DNA from: Candidatus Spongiisociaceae bacterium
Lineage (GTDB): Bacteria; Actinomycetota; Acidimicrobiia; Spongiisociales; Spongiisociaceae
Length of the DNA stretch: 64,000 bases
Direction: 5' to 3'
Assembly: GCA_965262915.1 (NCBI GenBank)
Contig: OZ253564.1
Coordinates: 2,432,001-2,496,000, forward strand
This document shows, piece after piece, positions 30,586 to 39,990 of the stretch. Position numbers and translations under genes: made by a program. Numbering within the stretch: position 1 is the first letter of the stretch; each line of letters opens with the position of its first letter. Under the pieces are notes generated by a model. The model searched no databases, was not told the DNA's origin, and was given only the letters and a program-made list of their open reading frames with translations.

Positions 30586-31509
30586 ATGTCCCATCCCTCC
30601 GCTACCCCAGGCCGTCGACCCGTGCTGTCCACGGCCAAGGGATCGCGGCTCGGGACCTTCGGGCCGGTCGAGTGGGCGTTGCTCGTTGCTTCGGCGCTCA
30701 CCTGGGGCTCGTCGTTTCTTCTCATCGAGATCAGCCTGGAGTCGCTGGCGCCGCCGACGATCACCTGGGTGAGGATCACGCTCGGTTTCCTGGTCTTGAC
30801 CCTCGTCCCGGCAGCCCGAAGGCCGGTGGACCGGGCCGACTACCTGCGCGTGGGGCTGCTGGGGTTCACCTGGCTGGTAGTGCCGTTCCTCATCTTTCCC
30901 ATAGCCCAGCAACACATCGACTCGGCGCTGGCGGGGATGCTGATCGCCACCGTGCCGATCTTCAGCACTTCCATCGCCATAGTGCTCATGCGGTCACTCC
31001 CCCGGCTCCGCCAAGCGGTCGGCATAGCGCTGGGCTTCGCCGGTGCGGTCAGCATCGGCCTCCCGGCCGCTCGTGGTTCGTCCGCCGCTGCTTGGGGCGT
31101 GATGTTGGTGGTACTGGCGACCTTCTTCCACGGCATCTCTCTCAACCTGGCGGTCCCCCTCCAGCAGCGCTACGGGGCTCCCGCCGTGATGGTGCGGGCG
31201 ATCGGCGTAGCGGCCCTCGCCACCGCGCCCTTCGGCCTGGTTGGACTGGCCGGCTCGCAGTGGGGCACCGGACCGGTCCTTGCGATGATCGTGCTGGGAG
31301 TGAGCAATACCGGTGCCGCTTTCGTGCTCATGACTGCCTTCCTGGGCAGGGTGGGTTCTACCCGTGGCGGTGTCGCCGTGTATCTCGTTCCTATCATCGC
31401 CATGGTGCTGGGGGTGGTGTTCCGTTCGGAGGTCATCCTGCCCTTGCAGTGGGCCGGAACTGCAGTCGTGCTGTTGGGGGCATGGCTCACCAGCCGCCGC
31501 GAGGCCTGA
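30586..31509 (+). CDS. EamA/DMT family transporter, copy 7
   Basis: 307 aa, intact. Confidence 0.92.
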   Translation: MSHPSATPGRRPVLSTAKGSRLGTFGPVEWALLVASALTWGSSFLLIEISLESLAPPTITWVRITLGFLVLTLVPAARRPVDRADYLRVGLLGFTWLVVPFLIFPIAQQHIDSALAGMLIATVPIFSTSIAIVLMRSLPRLRQAVGIALGFAGAVSIGLPAARGSSAAAWGVMLVVLATFFHGISLNLAVPLQQRYGAPAVMVRAIGVAALATAPFGLVGLAGSQWGTGPVLAMIVLGVSNTGAAFVLMTAFLGRVGSTRGGVAVYLVPIIAMVLGVVFRSEVILPLQWAGTAVVLLGAWLTSRREA

Positions 31510-31672
31510 CGGGGTCTTCAGAGAAGGGACCACCCCGAATGGTCACCGCCTCCACGGCTAGCTCGCGGACCTGCCGGTTGCCGGACGACTTGCCGGCTCG
31601 CCTTGTCCGCAGCATCAGTGTCGGGATTCATAGTGAACTCTGTAATGGTCGGCACTGTTTAGAGATTGTATG

Positions 31673-31694
31673 TGTCACAAGGCCGTGATACAAC
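31673..31694 (+). promoter_or_regulatory. PafBC-type promoter candidate TGTCAC-N10-TACAAC, 6 nt before the DUF222-HNH ATG
   Basis: Same geometry as the mycobacterial TGTCGG-N10-TANNNT motif and as the ncRNA-family promoters. Confidence 0.55.
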
Positions 31695-31700
31695 TACACC

Positions 31701-32984
31701 ATGAGAACCGAAGAGATGTTCGTGCACCTCGGTCATGCGGATATGGAGATGTCTGAAGGGTCTGGGTGCCCCTTACCTTCGGACAATGCAGTAGATGACC
31801 GGATCGCGGCTCTGCTGAGTGAGCTGGACCGTATCGAGATAAGCCCGATGTCCCGACCTCGAGCGGACCGCACGCTCGATCTCCTGGGTCGCATGAAGAC
31901 TCGGGTGGCATCGTTGATGTGTGATGTCAGCCGGACAGTGGCGGCGACGGACACCGACTCAGATCCGGCGGAGATCCTGCGTACGAAAGCCCGTCTCCCC
32001 CGGCGCGAGTCCAAGCGGATGGCCAAGGTAGCCCGACAATTGTCCGACATGCCCAAGGTGAGGGAGCGCTTCGCCGAGGGTCACATCACTTTGGACCAGG
32101 CGACCGCTCTGGCCAACGCCGCGGAAAAGGTGGGGCCCGACGCGGTGGAGTCCGATCCCGACCTGTTGGAACTCGCCGACCGGCTCCTGCCGGACACCTT
32201 CGGGCAGCATGCGAAGAAGTGGGCGGACCGCAAGCTGATCGAACAAGGTGTGAGCCCACTCGATCGGCAACGGCGCGCCCGGGAGGCGAAACTCTGGGTG
32301 GAGGACCGGACCGGTCTCGGGGTGCTGATGGCCAAGCTACCGGCACCCCAGTTCACCCACCTGCGCCAGGCCATCGACCATCACTACCTGGAGCTTCTCC
32401 GCCGTGACGGAGCCGAGGGCCTCGATCCAGACGGCGTCCGCAGCCCGAGACAACGCCTGGCAGATGCCGTTCTCGAACTCGTCACGCATCGGGACGCGCT
32501 CACCGGAGAGTTCATCGCTGGGATGCCCGGTGTGAAGGCCAAGGCCTCCACCCAGGTGATCCTCGTTGCGCCGGTGGGCGTGGTGGACGGCACCGACCCC
32601 GGCGGTCATGTCGAGATGATCGGCGCGGGTCCCGTACCCCGCCAGATACTCGAGACCCTCACACCGGATACGGAACTGGCCGGGATGGTCTTCGACCGGG
32701 CCGGCCGTCCTCTCTGGCTGGGCCGCCGCCAACGCCTCGCCAACGCCGCCCAACGGCTCGCGGTGGCCGTACGCGACGGGGGATGCTTCGAATGCGGCGC
32801 CCCCATGCACCGCTGCGAACTCCACCACATCAAAGAGTGGCACCGTGACGGTGGCCGGACCGACATCAACAACCTGGTCGCGGTCTGCCGCAGACACCAC
32901 AAGTGGCTCGAAACCGAGAACCTCGTAGTCATACACACCGCCCACGGATATGAGGCCCGCCCGCGCGACGGGCCGGCGCCATGA
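31701..32984 (+). CDS. DUF222 + HNH endonuclease (13E12-repeat-like)
   Basis: RQRLADA, PLWLGRRQRLA, RDGGCFECG...CELHHIKEW...GGRTDINNLVAVCRRHH. Confidence 0.9.
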   Translation: MRTEEMFVHLGHADMEMSEGSGCPLPSDNAVDDRIAALLSELDRIEISPMSRPRADRTLDLLGRMKTRVASLMCDVSRTVAATDTDSDPAEILRTKARLPRRESKRMAKVARQLSDMPKVRERFAEGHITLDQATALANAAEKVGPDAVESDPDLLELADRLLPDTFGQHAKKWADRKLIEQGVSPLDRQRRAREAKLWVEDRTGLGVLMAKLPAPQFTHLRQAIDHHYLELLRRDGAEGLDPDGVRSPRQRLADAVLELVTHRDALTGEFIAGMPGVKAKASTQVILVAPVGVVDGTDPGGHVEMIGAGPVPRQILETLTPDTELAGMVFDRAGRPLWLGRRQRLANAAQRLAVAVRDGGCFECGAPMHRCELHHIKEWHRDGGRTDINNLVAVCRRHHKWLETENLVVIHTAHGYEARPRDGPAP

Positions 32985-33027
32985 CTCGACGTGAGGGAGA
33001 ATCGGCTGCTCGTTCTGCAGTCAGGGT

Positions 33028-34122
33028 CTAGTGTCCTGATTCGGGGATTCGTTGTAGATAGTTGGTGAGGTTGTCGAAGATTTGGTCGGCGGTTTTGTGC
33101 CAGATGAAGGGTTTGGGGTTTTGGTTCCAGTGTTGGGTCCATTGGTTGATGGCGTCGGTGAGTTCGGCTACGGATCGGTGGGTGCCTCGGCGTATCTGTT
33201 TGGTGGTGAGTTCGGAGAACCATCGCTCGACGAGGTTCATCCACGACGCGTAGGTGGGTGTGAAATGGAACGTGAACCGTGGATGGCGTTGCAGCCAGCG
33301 CCCTATGGGTTCGGTTTTGTGGGGCGACGCGTTGTCCAACACGACATGGACGTCGAGTTCTGGTGGGACTTCGCGGTTGATGAGGTTTAGGAACGTCTGG
33401 AATTTGTGGGTGCGGTTGCGTCGTGTCATGGAGGTGATGACCCGGCCGGTGGCCGTGTCGAGCGCGGCCCCGAGGTTGGTGGTGCCGTACCGGCGGTAGT
33501 CGTGGGTGCGCCGCTGGGGGGTTCCGGGCAACAGGGGCAGGATCGGCGCGGTGCGGTCGAGGGCCTGTATCTGGGATTTGTGGTCCACACACAGCACCAC
33601 CGCCGCGTCGGGCGGGTTCAGGTACAAACCCGCCAGGTCGCGGACCTTTTCCACGAACTGGGGGTCGGGAGATATCTTGAAATGCTCGGTCCGGTGCGGC
33701 TTGAGACCGAACGCCCGCCATATTCTTAGGATCGACGACTGGGACAGGCCCACGGCCCTCGCCATGGACCGGGTCGACCAGTGCGTCGCGTCTCTCGGTG
33801 TTTCCTCCAGCGTCTTGACCACCACTTCTTCTACCTTGGCGTCGTCGATGCGGCGGGGCGGCCCGGGGCGGGGATTGTCGTAGAGGCCGTCGAGACGGCG
33901 CCGGGCGAAACGGTTCCGCCACTTCGAGACCGTAACCCCGCTGCAGCCCACCTCCGCTGCGATGTCCACATTGGTGCGGCCTTCGGCCGCTCCCAGCACG
34001 ATACGAGACCGCATCGCTAACCCTTGTGCGGTGCTACGCCGCCGTATCCACCGCTCCAGCGTCTGGCGTTCCTCTTCATCCAGCTCGATAACCACTGCTT
34101 TACGACTCCGCTGCTTCTCCAT
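33028..34122 (-). CDS. IS630 family transposase
   Basis: HTH, THWSTRSMA, CVDHKSQIQAL, VLDNASPHK, WMNLVERWF; the stop codon uses the target TA. Confidence 0.96.
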   Translation of the reverse strand: MEKQRSRKAVVIELDEEERQTLERWIRRRSTAQGLAMRSRIVLGAAEGRTNVDIAAEVGCSGVTVSKWRNRFARRRLDGLYDNPRPGPPRRIDDAKVEEVVVKTLEETPRDATHWSTRSMARAVGLSQSSILRIWRAFGLKPHRTEHFKISPDPQFVEKVRDLAGLYLNPPDAAVVLCVDHKSQIQALDRTAPILPLLPGTPQRRTHDYRRYGTTNLGAALDTATGRVITSMTRRNRTHKFQTFLNLINREVPPELDVHVVLDNASPHKTEPIGRWLQRHPRFTFHFTPTYASWMNLVERWFSELTTKQIRRGTHRSVAELTDAINQWTQHWNQNPKPFIWHKTADQIFDNLTNYLQRIPESGH

Positions 34123-34200
34123 ACGCTGCTCCCACTACTGACTGACACTGACCTGCATATTCTAGCAGCATATGGCAAAGAAACTAAGGAATCAGGACAC
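33031..34200 (-). mobile_element. Complete IS630-family insertion sequence (1170 bp)
   Basis: TIRs GTGTCCTGATTC/GAATCAGGACAC, TA at 33029-30 and 34201-02. Confidence 0.95.
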
Positions 34201-34271
34201 TAGGACCGGGCGGGGGTACCTGTCCCCCGGACTGGAGTACGCGCATGTGAATACTCTGATATGCTGACTGT

Positions 34272-34550
34272 ATGCGTAAACGGCGTGTCACGATCACAGT
34301 GGACGAGGATCTTCTCGACGAGGTTAACGCTGCGGTAGCCGATGGTCACGCCCGATCGGTAAGCGAGTGGGTCGCCGGAGCCATGGCACAACGGCGGGCC
34401 AGGGATCGACGCCTCGCGGTGCTCAGCGAGTTGATCCGCGACTACGAGGCTGCACACGGGGTTATCACCGGCGACGAGATAGCCGAACAGGCGCAGCGGG
34501 ACAGGGACGCCGCCGCGGTTGCACGGATGGCAGCCCGCCGAGCTGGATGA
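34272..34550 (+). CDS. Ribbon-helix-helix antitoxin
   Basis: RVTITVDEDLL...SVSEWV; TATGCT-N6-ATG; coupled to the PIN gene. Confidence 0.82.
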   Translation: MRKRRVTITVDEDLLDEVNAAVADGHARSVSEWVAGAMAQRRARDRRLAVLSELIRDYEAAHGVITGDEIAEQAQRDRDAAAVARMAARRAG

Positions 34551-34927
34551 GCGTCATTTTGGACGCGGGCGCGTTCGTGGCGCTCGAGCGTGACGATCGG
34601 GCGATGTGGCGCCGTCTCAAAGCAGCCCTGAAGTCAGGGAGTCCACCGATGACCCACGGTGGTGTGATCGCTCAGGTATGGCGCGGCGGAAACGGCCGCC
34701 AAGCCGGACTCGCCCGAGCGCTGCACGCTGTCGAGACCGTCCCCCTCGACGACGAGTTGGGCCGCCGGGCCGGTGTGCTGCTCGCCCGTTCCGGGCTGAG
34801 CGACGCAGTCGACGCAGCACTAGCGGCCATGGCCGCTCACAGTGATCAGATCATCACTTCCGACCCCGACGACCTCGCCGTCCTTGTCGCCGCCACCGAC
34901 CGCCGGGTTGACGTCGTCCCGATCTGA
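34547..34927 (+). CDS. PIN-domain (VapC-like) toxin
   Basis: ILDAGAF, DAVDA, ITSDPDDL; ATGA overlap. Confidence 0.87.
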   Translation: MSVILDAGAFVALERDDRAMWRRLKAALKSGSPPMTHGGVIAQVWRGGNGRQAGLARALHAVETVPLDDELGRRAGVLLARSGLSDAVDAALAAMAAHSDQIITSDPDDLAVLVAATDRRVDVVPI

Positions 34928-34989
34928 ACTGAACTACCTTCGTTGAGGCTTTGGGCGCTCATCTACCGGCGGTAGGTTTTCTTGTGTCC

Positions 34990-35985
34990 TCAGGGATGTT
35001 GAATCGGTCCTCTGTATGCTGCAATATGGGCGAACGCTCTGTTGCGATGATTCTGTGTAGTAAAGGTCGAACGCTCGAACCCGGCCTCTGAGAATAGTTT
35101 GTATAGTGTCGATGTATCCAGGAAGCTGTTTCTCTCCTGGTTCGCCATGAAAACTGAGATACGGTGGATCAATTCATCATGTCGTAAATCGGATACCTCG
35201 GGCCACCAAGACCGAGCATCGGTGGCCACTTGGTGCCAGCGGTTGATTCTCTGTGCGGTCTGAGCCCCTGAGTTGGAGCCTACCTGATGGAGGCGAACAG
35301 TCGTGAGAACCGCCCCTTTCGGCGACAGCGATTCATACCAGACAGCCAGCAGTTTCTTAAGGTCATTGGTAGGAAACCGAGGGAGAAATGAGTCACTTAC
35401 GATAATGTCATAGAAGGCCGGCCTTTCGTGCTCGATCGCGTTGGCGACCAACAACTCCGGGACAGGTACACCAATATGTCTCGCATACCATGATATCCCC
35501 ATCAGTGGTGTGGCACATAGATCAAGCGCGGTAACCATTCCGGAGTCGGATAGCTGGCTATGTACCAACGCATACATGGAGTAGTCGGCGCAGCCACTGA
35601 TAAGGATCCGCAGTTCGGTTCGATCGGCGCTTTGTTCGGCCATCGCCTTGCGAAAGAACGAAGCATGCCAAGAAGGAGTAGATACAAGATCTAGCAACCG
35701 AAGATACTGCCAGGTGCCATGATACCAATCGCATGATGACTGTCCGCTCTGAGCGCAAGTCCAGTTGGCCACAGTATCCAACCATGTCGCGCTCTGTGCC
35801 AGGGGCTCGGAGATCTCCCCAGCGAGATGTTTCAGGGAATCGGGGTGTCGGAACGCCAAAGTATCAAAGATCATAGAGTCGTTCGATCCGAGTTTTTTGG
35901 GAAACCGAGATTCGGAGTGGGTGGGGCCTCGAGTAGCGAGGTCGCGACCTTCATGCAGTTCCCCCTGCCTGGAACCCTTTGCCAC
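34990..35985 (-). CDS. Class I SAM-dependent methyltransferase-like protein (start may be 35874)
   Basis: ILISGCADY, VTALDLC, YDIIVSD, LSPKG; lower GC than flanks. Confidence 0.7.
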   Translation of the reverse strand: MAKGSRQGELHEGRDLATRGPTHSESRFPKKLGSNDSMIFDTLAFRHPDSLKHLAGEISEPLAQSATWLDTVANWTCAQSGQSSCDWYHGTWQYLRLLDLVSTPSWHASFFRKAMAEQSADRTELRILISGCADYSMYALVHSQLSDSGMVTALDLCATPLMGISWYARHIGVPVPELLVANAIEHERPAFYDIIVSDSFLPRFPTNDLKKLLAVWYESLSPKGAVLTTVRLHQVGSNSGAQTAQRINRWHQVATDARSWWPEVSDLRHDELIHRISVFMANQERNSFLDTSTLYKLFSEAGFERSTFTTQNHRNRAFAHIAAYRGPIQHP

Positions 35986-36344
35986 CCCAGCAGACGATCA
36001 GGCCGTCGACTCGCAGTCCGAATCAATGGCAACGGTCGGCGGACACCGCCGCGAGATCCTCCGAGGCTGATCGATGCTCCCCTCGACCGCCGACGCGTGC
36101 CCGCGGTTCCACCCCGGTTGAATGGGAGATCTGTTGCGGTTTTCTCCGGACCCATTTCGAGTTGGACGATCTCCGTGAAGCAGACGTCCCAGCGTCGTGG
36201 ATGTAGGTTCCTGGGTGCGAGCGCACAATCGGTCGACAGCGGAATCGATGCGCGTCTCCAGGTGGATCGGTCTGGTATTTATAAGGTTATTATACACTCT
36301 GCTAGTTTATACTCACTGAGTGGACCATACTATAGTGAACCCGC

Positions 36345-37124
36345 GTGACGCAGACAGAATCCGGCAACATCCCCCCTCCAGGCGGCAAGACAGCCGAGAT
36401 GACCATCGACCAGCTTGCCCACGAGGCCGGGATCCCCACCTCGACCGTGCGCCTCTACCAGAACAGAGGGCTGCTCCCTCCCCCACGGCGCCAAGGCCGG
36501 CTGGGCTACTACAACGCCGAGCACCGGGACCGCCTGCGACTGATCGCTCACTTGCAGGAACGGGGGTTCTCGCTGGCTGCGATCAAAGAGACCCTGGACC
36601 ATTGGACCGAGGGCCGCTCCCTCGCCCATCTTTTGGGCGTTAGCCGGATAGCTCCCAGCCTCGAGCGCAAGCCGGTGCGTCTGTCACCCCAGGAGTTCGT
36701 CGAACGATTCGCGGGGATGGACATCACCCAGGAGGACATCCAGCGGGCCGTGCGGATCGGCTTGGTCGAACTCGAAGGCGCGGAGTTGTCGATACCCAAC
36801 GAAGCCTTCATCGATCTCGGCGCCGCCGTAGCGCGAATGGGGATTCCCGTTTCGGAGGTCCTCGACGAGCACGAGGCCCTCATGATCTCCGTCAACGGCA
36901 TCGCCGAGCGATTCCGCGAGGTGTTCCAGCGCCACTTCTGGGAACCGTTCGTCAGCAGGGGCATGCCCGCCGAGGAGATGTCCTCCCTGAGCGCGGCCGT
37001 CAACCAACTCACCGAACTGGCCACCAGCGTCGTGACCGCCGAACTGCACGAGCGTTTCGCAGTCTTCGCTGAGCAGTACCTCGCCCGGGCCGCAGAGTCG
37101 GTCGCCGAAGGACGCGACAACTGA
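36345..37124 (+). CDS. MerR family transcriptional regulator (intact copy)
   Basis: TIDQLAHEAGIPTSTVRLYQNRGLLPPP, GFSLAAIK. Confidence 0.92.
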   Translation: MTQTESGNIPPPGGKTAEMTIDQLAHEAGIPTSTVRLYQNRGLLPPPRRQGRLGYYNAEHRDRLRLIAHLQERGFSLAAIKETLDHWTEGRSLAHLLGVSRIAPSLERKPVRLSPQEFVERFAGMDITQEDIQRAVRIGLVELEGAELSIPNEAFIDLGAAVARMGIPVSEVLDEHEALMISVNGIAERFREVFQRHFWEPFVSRGMPAEEMSSLSAAVNQLTELATSVVTAELHERFAVFAEQYLARAAESVAEGRDN

Positions 37125-37160
37125 CCAGCATGGCCAAACCGACATCGGGATCTTCGTGGT

Positions 37161-37300
37161 CTACTCGAAGGAGGTGCTCGCCGGTGCCCAGGTGTCGGGT
37201 CGGATGAATACACCGTTTATGAAGGCTGCTGCTTCGGCTCGGGTGGCGTTGCGGTGGGGGCAGAACAGTTCAGGTCCGCATCCCGGGGCGATCCCGACGA
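37161..37300 (-). pseudogene. S-layer homology (SLH) domain fragment
   Basis: GIAPGCGPELFCPHRNATRAEAAAFI resembles the SLH G..F.P....TRAE motif; no full gene present. Confidence 0.5.
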
Positions 37301-37836
37301 CGGCTCTCCTCACCCCAGTACCGACCGGTAGTTGCTCTGCCATCGCGAAGCTCACTCCCCCGTGCGGGATGGGTGGCTCATCGGATCCGGGTGGGGAGTA
37401 CCCGCAGCTGATCCGGGTGGCCCGATGGCCGATGGTACGACCGAGCCGCTGACCCTCCCCGGGTCAGGATCGGTCGTGGAGGTCTATGGCAAGACGCTGC
37501 GGGCATCCGGCGCCGAGTCGGGGGTCGTCGATCCGGTAGAGACCTCGAACGGTGTCCTCTGCGTGCCAGGCCATGCGAACTTATCGGCCCTTCGCGTCCT
37601 GTGGGATGGTGGAGTAGCTGTTGCCGGTGCGCTGTCATGTTAGGAGGAGCCCGCGGGCGGCGTAGATGTGTACCTCGGTATCGGCAGCACATCGAACTGG
37701 CGGGTCTGGTCTCCCAGGTGGAGGTTTGCGTCGAACACCACAGGTGATGGCACAGTTCTGCCTTGGATTCTGTGCAATACTCATGGGGCAATACTCATGG
37801 GTAGGAGAAATAGCAGTTCTTCTCGGGGGTATCTCG

Positions 37837-38073
37837 ATGACACCACTGACCGAAGCCCGGAACCGTTTGAGTGAGATCGTGGACGAGGTGGTCTCCACCG
37901 GCTCCGACCTCGTCATCACGAAACACGGACGGCCTGCAGCCGTGCTCATCGGTTACGAAGAGTACGAAGCTCTTCTCGAGACGCTCAACATCCTCTCCGA
38001 CCCCGAAGCCATGGCAGCCCTGACCGAAGCCGAGCGAGATCTCGCCGCAGGAGACCTGGTGGATCTCACCTGA
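37837..38073 (+). CDS. Phd/YefM antitoxin
   Basis: PLTEARNRLSEIVD...ITKHGRPAAVL...ETLNIL. Confidence 0.92.
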   Translation: MTPLTEARNRLSEIVDEVVSTGSDLVITKHGRPAAVLIGYEEYEALLETLNILSDPEAMAALTEAERDLAAGDLVDLT

Positions 38074-38080
38074 TCTGGCT

Positions 38081-38323
38081 ATGCCCCGGCTAACCCGCCG
38101 CGCTAGGAAGGATCTCGACAGGCTGCCCTCAGCCCTCGCGACCAAGGCATACGAGATCGTCAGACGCCTGGACGACGAGCCTGATCTAGGGAAGAAGCTG
38201 TTGGGGCCGTTGAAAGGCAAGCGTTCGACACGTCTGGGACGGTCTCATCGCATCATCTATACGATTACCGAGGACGGAGTCGTGGTTCTGACAATCGTCG
38301 CAAGGAAGGACGCCTACCGCTGA
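38081..38323 (+). CDS. RelE/ParE family toxin
   Basis: RRARKDLDRL, GKKLLGPLKG, HRIIY, RKDAYR. Confidence 0.9.
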   Translation: MPRLTRRARKDLDRLPSALATKAYEIVRRLDDEPDLGKKLLGPLKGKRSTRLGRSHRIIYTITEDGVVVLTIVARKDAYR

Positions 38324-38393
38324 CGGTCTAGCGCCCTCCCGTCGATCACGGAACAAGGATGTGTGGAAGTTTGTAGTCCATCCGCTTGCCCGA

Positions 38394-39372
38394 TCAGTCT
38401 TCGTTGGGGCGCCGCTCTCGGAGTGCCGCCTCTAGAGCACCCGCCGTGATCCTCTTCTCCCCCGCCAACACGATCCGTTTGGCTGCAGCCTCGGCAGCAC
38501 GAACGAGGTCCGCGTGGCTCAGGCCCGCGGTGCAACCGGGCAAGGGCATCCCAATCAACGCCCTTCGTGTCGAGCATCGCAAGCCGATTCCTCATCACGA
38601 CCACCGCTGCATCAGGATCGGGCAGCCGATACTCGACCACCTGGTCGAATCTGCGATAGAGCGCCTTGTCCAACAACCCGGGATGATTCGTCGCCGCCAC
38701 AACCACACTTATCGGGGACGCATGTTCCAGGAATTGAAGGAAGGAGTTGAGCATCCGCCTGGCTTCGCCCACATCGTTGGGCACACCGCGTTCGGCTCCG
38801 AGAGCGTCAAACTCGTCGAACAGGTAGACGGCTCTGGTCGACGCTACCGCATCGAAGACAAGGCGCAGCTGAGCTGCGGTTTCCCCCATGTACTTGCTGA
38901 TCAACACATGGAGCTGGATGGTGAAGAGCGGCAGCTTCAGACCGTGCGCAAGCGCGGCCGCTGACATGCTCTTGCCCGTACCCGGCGGGCCTAGGAGGAG
39001 AACGCGGTGGATGGGGTCAAGACCGTGGGTAGCCAGGAGGTCCGAACGACGCTGTTCCGTCAGAATGCGCTCGAGCTTCGCCCGCAACTCAAGGTCCAAC
39101 GTCATCATGTCCAGGGAGACATCTGGGTAGCTGACCGTCATCAGGCCGGCGAGTTCCCCCCGCGGCTGCACCATTGGCACGGGACGCAATGCTGTGGCCG
39201 CACGTGCCCCCTTCGCAGAATCGATCAGCTCCCGAAGGTCCTGGGCAAACCGATTCTTCCCTTCTCTGGCGGCTCTCGCGGCAACCTGAAGCGCGACGGA
39301 GTAGAAGCCGTCGTCGTCACCTTCCATATGCCGACGGACCAGCGCCTTGAAATGATCAGCGGTGAGTGCCAT
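38394..39372 (-). pseudogene. AAA+ ATPase of IetA type, frameshift near 38540
   Basis: GPPGTGKS, LISKYMGETA, LFDEFDA, AATNH, LDKALYRRFD; C-terminal GLSHADLVRAAE lies in another frame. Confidence 0.82.
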
Positions 39373-39571
39373 GCGCTCCGTTCCCTTCCGGTGCCCCCCG
39401 GCCGCGCCCCACGCATCACGAGCCACTCCGGTCGCACCGACACAGACCGTGGGTTGCACTCGGTTCTCACCATCCTACGCCCACTCGGGCCGCCCGGACC
39501 TCCTATGCTGACGGCCACCCAGTTCAGACATTCCACGACTGGGCTAACGGGACTCGGAGAGCAGGGTTCGC

Positions 39572-39780
39572 GTGGACGTTTCCTCTCCGGTCAGAAGGAG
39601 CGCCGAGATGACCATCGACCAGCTTGCTCATGAGGCGGGGATTCCCACTTCGACGGTGCGGCTCTACCAGAACAGAGGGCTGCTCCTTCCCTCGCTGCGG
39701 CAGGGCCGGATGGGTTTCTACAACGCCGAGCATCGCGACTGGCTCCGGTTGATCGCTCACCTGCAGGAACGGGGCTTCCA
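39572..39780 (+). pseudogene. Truncated MerR copy (HTH only)
   Basis: Near-identical to the 36345 gene up to LQERGF, then homology is lost. Confidence 0.85.
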
Positions 39781-39990
39781 GGAGGGTGGTCAAAATCGCC
39801 TCCACTGCCCGTCGGCCGATGACATAATCCCTGGTCAGCGGGCGACGGGCACCAGCACCCGATCATTTGCACCACCCTCCTAATGTCCCGAATCTCAAGT
39901 TCGTTGTGGTGAATACAGCTTCATCGGACTGCCGCGGCCCCGACCGGACCCCGGTCCTCCCTCTCCAGGTAACCGGCTGCCACACAAGGG

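Noticed and set aside
35998-36297. 99-aa ORF upstream of the methyltransferase
   Set aside because: No motif, atypical composition and several equally weak overlapping frames.
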